Shown here: piece by piece, positions 55,036 to 64,000 of the stretch | Numbering within the stretch: the stretch's first letter is position 1 | How the letters are laid out: every line of letters begins with the position of its first letter | From: Octopus vulgaris | Taxonomy: Eukaryota | Length of the DNA stretch: 64,000 bases | Direction: 5' to 3' | Assembly: GCA_951406725.2 (NCBI GenBank) | Contig: OX597829.1 | Location: 13,578,001 to 13,642,000, forward strand | Made by a program: the position numbers and the translations under genes | Notes under the pieces: generated by a model | Databases searched by the model: none | Told to the model about the DNA's origin: nothing | Seen by the model: only the letters and a program-made list of their open reading frames with translations

Positions 55036-56207
55036 TAAGCACTGCTCTCTATAGAAACAAAACACCAGAGACTAAATCCTTAACTGGTATCCCTTTCTAT
55101 AGGATAAAACTTTGGGTAACTTATATGCATAGTGAAGTGATGAATTACAGAATTGTTAGATCGTCAGATAGAGGGCATTGCAGAATATGGTTTGGCTCAC
55201 AGTGTCCTCAGTCTCAATCCTGATGACGTCAGCTATGCTTTCATCAATATTTCGCGGTCGATAGTTAAAATATATGCCCAGAGCTAGTATTATTATCGAT
55301 CCCGAATCGATCAGCGAAACTGTTAAAACCATAGACAAGATGCGCTGCGATGTTTGTTCCCAAATTTTATGTTCAGTCTTCATATTTCGTCTCATCCCCG
55401 GTATGATAAATAACTCTCCAGTCAAGCACTAGAGAACTTACGTCTTTTCTTTTCTATGTTTAACCCTCTCAGATATTTGCTTAAAAAATTCTCATGCAGA
55501 GCACCTAGATACGTTCGATGCATGCTGGCCCTAGGAAGCGAACGTGTGGGTATGGTTGGTATTATAAATATACATATACAAATATAACGTTTACATACCG
55601 ATATATACATACATCTGTATCCTTATATGTGTGTGTATGTATATATGTGTGTGTTTGTGTGCGTGTATGTATTTGTGCGTGTGTGTGTGTGTGTGTGTAC
55701 ATGTCCGAGAGTTAGTATGTATATGGAAGTATATGTGAACGCCTATATATGTGTACATGTGGGCTGATTCTGAAAGGTCAGCTAAGGAGAGTTGCATGTG
55801 TAACCTACCATGAAGAACAAGTTAACAGTACAAAGAAATCAAATGCCAATCCCTTTAAAATGGCAACCACTTTAACAGTAACAGAATCACTATCCCACAA
55901 CATCTACACATTCAAAGCAGATTACTAATGGTTTTTCAGCACCAACATACCTTGATAGACTCAGTAGCTACTTCTAACTCCAGGCCATGACAGAGAGGAT
56001 GCTCTTGAGCTGAGAATTTCAACTTACGGAGACAATATTTACATATTGCCTGAGGAAACACAACTAGATCTCATAATGTAGGGAAACGGTTGCATATTCA
56101 AGTACCTGCATGCCTGGAGAACTATGTTGTGTAGAAACAATTGTAGTGACTGAAAATAAATGTCAAAACGTACTCCTTGTTGAAACATGACAGTAGCTCA
56201 AACGCCC

Positions 56208-56409
56208 AAAGAGGGTGTTGAAAAGTTCCTAGCATCAAGGGCCTGATTGGAAGCCCAGCCTTTCGAATTCCTTTGCAAGACTTAAGAAACCTGAAAGACT
56301 GCTACAAGTGCGTGAATCTGGGAGAGGAATATGTTGAAAAAAATCATACTTAACTGATCCTCCCGTATTTTCTTTTACCCAACGCTATTAACTCGTCACA
56401 ACCCTTGTA
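56208..56409 (+). mobile_element. Mariner-derived internally deleted element / MITE
   Basis: Ends gagggtgttgaaaagtt... / ...aactcgtcacaacccttgta; encodes KCVNLGEEYVEK, like the mariner transposase C-terminus. Confidence 0.6.
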
Positions 56410-56707
56410 CCTGCGTGTGTGCGTGTGTGTGTATGTATGTGAGTGTGTGTGTGTGTGTACGAATGTGTCTGTGGTTATACCTATGTGTACATGTATATGT
56501 ACATACACATATACACATATACATATATACATACACACATACATACAAAGATTTTGCATGTATGTATGGATGCATATATATATATATATATATGTTTATA
56601 TATATGCATACATATATATATACATTTGTGCATATATATATACATATATGTATATATATATACATATCTGTTTATATATATATATATATATGCATATATA
56701 TATAGAA

Positions 56708-56742
<35 letters not shown>

Positions 56743-56821
56743 GCGGGTAAAGTTCCATCTTTTTCAGCTGTTTATTCTTCCTACTTGTGCAGAGTCGCTC
56801 AAACTTTTATAAGGAGCGGGT

Positions 56822-57138
56822 TACACCGGAGTAAACACATAAATGTGAAACAAGGTGGAAAAAAGAGTACTCAAATAGCAGTGGTAGAGTAATATGCTTT
56901 ATTTAAATCACCAGAAAATTCAACAAAACCTGTTACTACTCTGAGTTTCGCGTTGCCGTTCATCGAACAGTTTTTACTAGAATCTAGCAAAAACCGTCCG
57001 ATGAACGGCAACCCGAAACTCAGAGTAGTAACAGGCTTTGTTGAATTTTCTGGTGATTTAAATAAAGCATATTACTCTACCACTGCTATTTGAGTACTCT
57101 TTTTTCCACCTTGTTTCACATTTATGTGTTTACTCCGG

Positions 57139-57143
<5 letters not shown>
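56822..57143. repeat. 322-bp palindrome (centre 56982) with back-to-back HHR-like motifs
   Basis: aaaaaccgt CCGATGA acg-gcaa-ccc GAAA ctcagag TA gtaacagg on plus; mirror with TCGATGA acg-gcaa-cgc on minus. Confidence 0.93.
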
Positions 57144-57171
<28 letters not shown>

Positions 57172-57174
<3 letters not shown>

Positions 57175-57470
57175 CCTCAACAGGCCCTGCCCTATTTAAC
57201 ATTGTCCCGAGGGAGATCAAAGAGGAAAAGGATCCCATCAACTTCAAACAGAGTCTGGATAGGTTCCTTCAAAGAATACCAGATAAGATAATTGGATACA
57301 ACTCACCCACTCACTACTTGAACAAAACTGGATACAACTCACCCAACAAGAACTCACTACTTGAACAAAACTTGACTTAAACAGGATTCGAATAATCCTA
57401 TCAGGTGGTGCTATTAAATTAGACATGGCCTGGACCAATCTCTGGTCGAAACATTTCTAAGTTTTATCTA
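57172..57470 (+). mobile_element. 3' end of a CR1/L2-group LINE
   Basis: SSTGPALFNIVPREIK...FKQSLDRFLQRIPD parallels ORF 20405-20635. Confidence 0.75.
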
Positions 57471-57472
57471 AG

Positions 57473-57971
<499 letters not shown>

Positions 57972-58005
57972 TATTACTGATATAAGGTAAGGTATAAAGA
58001 ATAGC

Positions 58006-58192
58006 CATTACATATTTTTCTTTATTGTAGTAAATTCGACTTACAGCTGTTTCCACTATCATTGTATGTTCATCATTGATAGGTTTACTCAATCGGCCTA
58101 TTGATATGAGTAAACTTATCAATAACAAACTTATAGTTTATACTGGAAACAGCTGTAAGCTGAATTTACTACAATACAGAAAATATGTAATG
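58006..58192. repeat. Imperfect palindrome with HHR-like GAAAcagctgTA in both arms
   Basis: ttgtagtaaattc..cttacagctgtttcca versus tggaaacagctgtaag..gaatttactacaa. Confidence 0.85.
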
Positions 58193-58523
58193 ACCATTAT
58201 TTACACATCGTTATGTATATTTCTCTGTGTAAAACTCATTATTACTGCATCACAGCCATTGATTTACAATATGGAATGATGATATGAGATGATATAACCA
58301 CGAACCCTACCAGATGAATATGAGTAGATCTTCAGTCTATATTGTACGTACCTATATTGTACGTACTTATATATATATATAATTATAATTTAGGGTATCT
58401 AAGAGATACCACCACACTGGAAATAGCAGCCAAAACTTGATTCTAAAACCACATTAAATGTACATACAGCACCAGGAGAGAAGACAAAGAGACAAAATAA
58501 ACTGGCAAAAAAGTTACTGAATA

Positions 58524-58582
58524 ATTCCAGATCCCGGATTTCTGACTCTGCATAAGAAATGCTTTGCCTTCATCAGTGGAAT
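58524..58582 (-). ncRNA. Type-I HHR, canonical core
   Basis: attcca CTGATGA aggc-aaa-gcat-ttctt-atgc-aga-gtca GAAA tccggga TC tggaat. Confidence 0.72.
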
Positions 58583-58765
58583 ATACACAGATAGCACAAT
58601 AAATACGAATATATGTATATACAACATACGATATAGTTACATATACGAACGTATACATACATTTAAACTGTACACGGCCAGTTTAAATTGCCCGCCTAAT
58701 CTCATCGTGGTCAAAATACCACCGCAGTGAATATAATGACGAAATAAATATATAACTTTATATAA

Positions 58766-58803
<38 letters not shown>

Positions 58804-58917
58804 TTATATAAATTTATATATATATATACACGCACACACACCCACACATAATATACACGTATCACGCTAGTGTCATACATATAAATATATATGTGATAAG
58901 GAATGAAATATGTACGT

Positions 58918-58955
<38 letters not shown>

Positions 58956-59476
58956 ATATTACCTACTTTATCAGTCCTACTCTTCAATCTAATGACCTCC
59001 CACACTTCTTCTCGGGGAATATTAATGAGAATTAGAAGAAAACATTAAATATAATAATAGTGTTTTATAGAGATAAAATGGTATTTTAATTTAGACCGAA
59101 TCTAATGAATTATACAAGACAGTTGAATATCTCTTGTATTATTTTCTCGTCTTCACACGGATGCACAGCAAAGATGATCACTTTAACAGACTTGTGGCTC
59201 ACATCGGTTAAAGAATCATTTACCAATATGCCTAATTCTATTGAGATATACATGATTCCCCTTTTTATAACACTCTCCATTGTCTTCAGTTTTCTTCTCA
59301 ACAAGACCATTCACTTAGTTATTTTACTACTTTCATTTACTGATGTTCGGCTATGCTCACCTTTAAATTTTCTTCACTTTTGTCTCACATGCCGATACGC
59401 ACCCCCACATAAACACACATATATGTAGATTAATATTCATAGGTAGATATTTGTAAATACATACATGCATACAAAA

Positions 59477-59509
<33 letters not shown>

Positions 59510-59811
59510 CATACATACATACATACATACATACGTACATACATATGCATATACATAGGGAGAATTCACAAAAAAACAAAAGACGAAGACAGGTGGTGTC
59601 GACAACAAACAGATGTATTCGTATAACGCTCATAAATAATAAGGATTGTTTGCTCACAATTTTTCAACCGAAAGGCAAAAATTTATACGCCACTAAAGCT
59701 ACTGAGAGTGCTATTCTGCACCAGTATTGCTAGAAATAAGAGTCAAAATAACTAATAGCCACAATAATGCATAGTCTTATTTAATGAAAAGGGAGGAAAG
59801 CTCCTTAAGCG

Positions 59812-59902
59812 AGCAGACAGACAGGTAGGTAGTTAGAGAGAGAGAGAGTAAAGTAACAGTTTCTGGATAAATAGATAGATAGATACACAGACAGACTCAT
59901 AG

Positions 59903-59934
<32 letters not shown>

Positions 59935-60020
59935 GGAGAGAGAGAGAGAAAGATAGGTAGATAGATAGATAGATAGATAGATAGATTGATATATATATAT
60001 AGAGAGAGAGAGGTAGGTAC

Positions 60021-60105
<85 letters not shown>

Positions 60106-60163
60106 CAGACAGATAGATAGATACAGAGAGAGAGAGAGAGAGAGAGATAGTTAGATAGATAGG

Positions 60164-60202
<39 letters not shown>
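59812..60202. repeat. (GATA)n/(GA)n compound microsatellite
   Basis: Direct reading. Confidence 0.95.
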
Positions 60203-60205
<3 letters not shown>

Positions 60206-60210
60206 CATAT

Positions 60211-63200
60211 GTTTCTTTATTAGCCACACAGGGCTGCACACAGACGGGATAGATTACAAAGTAGAGCTTTTCGTTTTGGGGGGAAAAAAGGTGGGGTAGG
60301 TTTTCGATCAAAAGGGATCGTAAAAGGGAAAGAAGAAAAAAAAGGAAAAAGGGAAAAGAAATAAAAGAAAAGTAAAAAGGAGAGAGGAGAAAAAAGGAAT
60401 AAAGGTAAAAAGAAAAAAAAAACGATCAATAGGGATCGTGTATCACATTGTCATGGTGTATGGTGTAAAGGGGGAAGCAGATAAGGTTTATCCGTGGAAA
60501 GAAAACCCTACGGAAAAGACCACGGTAACCTTGGTCAATATTGTTACATGTTACCACATTTGTTTGCATGTGGGGCACCCTCTGTTTTCAATTTCTGGGT
60601 TCATAGGATTATGCTCAAGGTGGCTTCGTCATTCATACGTGCAATCCTTGCTACATTCACTCATCTTTTTTTTTAAACATTCGCTAAACAAAACTTGCCT
60701 CTCTACTCTCACTTTCCTTTTCAAGTGGTACTTGAAGAAGTTGATGAGAGATTGACCAGAGAGGAAAGTGCTTGTCTCCAATCCTTTCAGACGCGTCCAA
60801 CAGATACACTCTTTCGCCATAGACACAAGGATGATGAAAATAGCTCTTCCTTCCCGTTTGAAGGAAGTAGGCGTGACAATATTGACGATAGACTCAGCTG
60901 ATAAACCGACTCGTCCCACACGTGACAGCCGTCGTTCGACATAAGCCCACTGGTCGAAAATTGTTTGTCTGAAAAAATGGTGGCTCTGTTGCCACGCTGC
61001 GCTTCCGCTACCCGGGCCTCTCGCGCAGCTTCGATCCCTTCGTTCCTTAAGGCACGCATTTTAATTCTGACGACGCAACCTTCGTGCTTGGCGTTGAGGT
61101 GTTGGTCGAGGGCCATCCTCGCAGCCAGCCCGTTGGTTGCGTTGCCAGTGGTAAGTGCCTCTTCTAGTTTCTTAACCAGGTCTCCCTCTACTCTATTTTG
61201 ATCTATCGCTAATTCCTTGCTAAACCCAATTGATTCCGATTTTATTGCCATTTTCAGGGCGAACCACCAGCGGTTGTTTAACGACGGATCCCGCCAGCGC
61301 CCTCTTAATTAACTCGTTAATCCGGTTCCTGTAAACCTGTCGCGCTAAGAGTGACGTGTTCAGTTTCCAGTAACCGGGATCCTATCTATGCGTCTTATCT
61401 AAGTCGAGCGTACACGTCACAAATTTGTGATCTGTGTAGCTGACTATTTTAAATTGTCGACATCCTACACTATCCCTATCCGCTGTCCTGCATAGAATTC
61501 TATCTAGATAAGATCTCGACGATCCGACACGGTTTGTCCAAGTCCACATTGGCACGTTCGGATGGTCGAGTCGGAACCTGTCAGACAAATGGAAACGTCT
61601 GAGTAGGTCTTTGAGGCACTTACACCCCCTTCTATTACTATCCATTCCCACATAATCTAGATGCGTGACCAAGGTAGCGTTCCAATCCCCTACTAACAGT
61701 AAAGGTCTAGACGTACCTAGGAAAACCTCTAGACGTCTGAAGAAATCTGCACGACCCGGAATGCACACGCATTTCTGCCATCCACGTCCAAGACAACCAG
61801 CTTACCCTCCGGGTCTAGGAATATTGTTCTTACTTTCACATTTAGACTTTCGAAAAAGCACCGCGGTACCTCCACCACCCATGTTCGGCAGACAGAGAGA
61901 AAAATAAATGTCAAATTGATCGCCAAACATGGACGCGAGGGCCCGCGCCTTGCTGAGTCTGGTTTCACTGATAGCTACTATATCCACGTTCAGTGACTTG
62001 ATGTCGTTTAGAAGGTAACCTTGCTTCCAAGCCGACGCCAAGCCACGCGCATTCACACAACCTAATTTAAGCATAATTGACGTTTACGAAAATTGTGTTT
62101 TACACACTACATTGGAAGAGACAAGAGGCAAGAGGGAAGGTCACTTACTCATTTCGAAAGTTTTATTTTTTTCTTCTTCTTTTGTAGTGTCTTTGAGGAT
62201 GTGTTTGTATAGTTTTTTGGAGAGGTATCGTTGAAACCCGCCTACCGCATTTGGAAAGTTGGTTTTGAGTGTATGGTGTTGTGTTTGTGTTATGTGTACA
62301 ATTCTTATGTTTCGGTGGTGTGGTGCGCGGATGATTGTTTGTCTTAAAGTCATCTTCACAGATGTCCGTGTTGGATGCAATATAATCCATTAATTTTTTA
62401 TTGTCTGTGTCTATTGCAGTTAGTTGTATGTGTGGTTTTGCGGGTTCATTGATTTTTTGGTTTTCTAGGGGGATGCTGTCCGGAGTTAAATATCTCCCTC
62501 CTTTACTTCCTTGTTTGGTGGGCTTTTTTGATATTTTCCTTTTACCCCCTGTGGCTATTTGCCATTCCGTCGAACTTTCGTCGTCCGACGAATCAGAAGG
62601 CAGTAAAGGCAAAGCATTTGCGTTAATATGTATGCTTGTAGAAATTGTTGATGTTTTGTGCGGTGTTTGTGTTGTTGTGGTGTTAGAGGTAGAATTTGTC
62701 TTCTTGTCACTGTTTTCTGTCTTTTTAATTGTCGTCCTCGGTGTTGGTGTTGGTTTATCTCTTGTTGGTTCAGTATGTTGAATTGGTTGCGACCTTAACG
62801 GTGATTGTGTTGGTACTGTTTCTTTTCTTGGTGACGTTGTTGGGGTTTGTTTGCTGGTTTGTTGTTTTTCTTGGCATTGTTCCATAATTGAGTGTGTTGG
62901 TGTTGGTGTTGGCAACAAGGGTTTTTTATTTGTTTTCTGATTTGTTCTTTCTTGTTTTTTCTGTGCCAGAGCGCACTTGGCACTTAAATGTTCTGAGCTG
63001 CCACAGTTGTAGCATCTAGGCTTTTTGCCTTCTGCTACAACATATAGGCTTTGCCCATTTTCTAAATGGATTCTATCATGTAGGTTCTCGATAGAGAACC
63101 CCTCAATCTGGATGGTCACTACTATTGTTTTACCGCCCCAATTGTCGTTTTTGTACACGGCGGTTTCTAATATGTTTATCGTTTTCAAATGGTAACAGAT

Positions 63201-64000
63201 TGCCCCTTTTATCCATTTGTTAGGTATCTCAGGGGGTACATTTTTAATACTAATTCTACTCACTCTCTGGCCTTTGTAATATCGTACCATGATGATTTCA
63301 TCATTTTCCAAAGACTCTGTAGAGTGAGCTTTTGCCACTTCCTGGTTAGGGAAGCGGACCACCACTGTATTAAACTGGGGACCCCAGTTTATATATTCTT
63401 TTTTTCATTATGTTTTTTAAACACTTTTCTATGTCCGTTTTTGTAATCTGTTCATTTTGTTGTTTTTTTTGTTTTTTTTTATAATTTTATAAATAATTGT
63501 CTTATTTTCTATTTGTTCCTTTATGTGTTGAGGTGTATGCAGCACTAAATCCTGCCCTTGGATTGTAAAGAATGCTCTCGTTTCTATTAACTCTTCATTC
63601 GTAAATTTTACTATTTCTTTTTTCTGACGCAGGGCGGCAGCGAAATTTACTGTTATATTCTGGCAGTTGTTGTCGTTGTGTGTTTTTGTTGTTGTTATAT
63701 CCGAAATATTCTTGTATGTGGCTTTTACAGCTGCTGTTGATTCTGTTGTATTAACATCTTCACTATTAGATGGTAAGATATTTATTTCATTTTTATTGTT
63801 GTTCTTCTTGTTGTTTTTGTTAATAGTATTCGCGTGAGTTTCATTTTAATCATTTATGTTGGTCATCGTGGTGGTGGTGGTGGTGGTGGTGGTGGTGGTG
63901 GTGGTGGAGGTGGTGGTGGTAGCAGTAGTAGTCACGTTGTTGTTGTTGTTAGTGGTGGTGGTGGTGGTGGTGGTGACAGGGCGGTTACCGCAAGTGGTTG
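60211..64000 (-). mobile_element. Tx1/L1-clade LINE: ORF1 (62163-63365), APE domain, RT deleted near 60965, 3' end present; probably continues past the window edge
   Basis: CYNCGSSEHLSAKC knuckle; LGCVNARGL, AISETRL, GDWNA, YTDH; junction joins RGNRATI directly to the C-terminal region. Confidence 0.92.

Noticed and set aside
54668-55223. Poly-Pro/Thr/His ORFs resembling formin or mucin
   Set aside because: Pure (CAC)n microsatellite with no flanking domain or splice evidence
55215-55340. CTGATGA ... GAAAC on the plus strand
   Set aside because: No consistent stems I-III or cleavage triplet could be built
59105-59428. 107-aa non-repetitive ORF as a possible host exon
   Set aside because: No recognisable motif; cannot be supported from sequence alone

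Overview
Eukaryotic, AT-rich, repeat-saturated DNA with no recognisable intact host gene. The mix of (TA)n/(CA)n/(TACA)n/(GATA)n/(ATT)n microsatellites and tRNA-headed SINE families looks cephalopod (Octopus-like; an inference from recalled repeat families). The window holds decayed retroelements: Tx1/L1-like LINEs (3657-8240 +, 60211-64000 -, plus fragments), R4/Dong-like LINEs embedded in (ATT)n tracts, a CR1/L2-group LINE (17050-20710) with a nested 5'-inverted RTE-like insert, an RTE LINE (25437-28790), Penelope-like RT and GIY-YIG fragments, about four SINE families and a mariner remnant. The main signal not explained by ORFs is RNA structure. About 20 type-I hammerhead ribozyme (HHR) motifs, found by eye, lie in short (TA)n-flanked elements that are often fold-back palindromes or terminally repeated units. 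The best locus is 52233-53788: a 362-bp tandem array with an intact HHR (U3-A8 core variant) in each of three full units, i.e. a retrozyme-like array. It folds back at the ribozyme and sits inside a 2.6-kb inverted duplication (51690-54321). All folds and motifs were read manually; none has been computed or tested.
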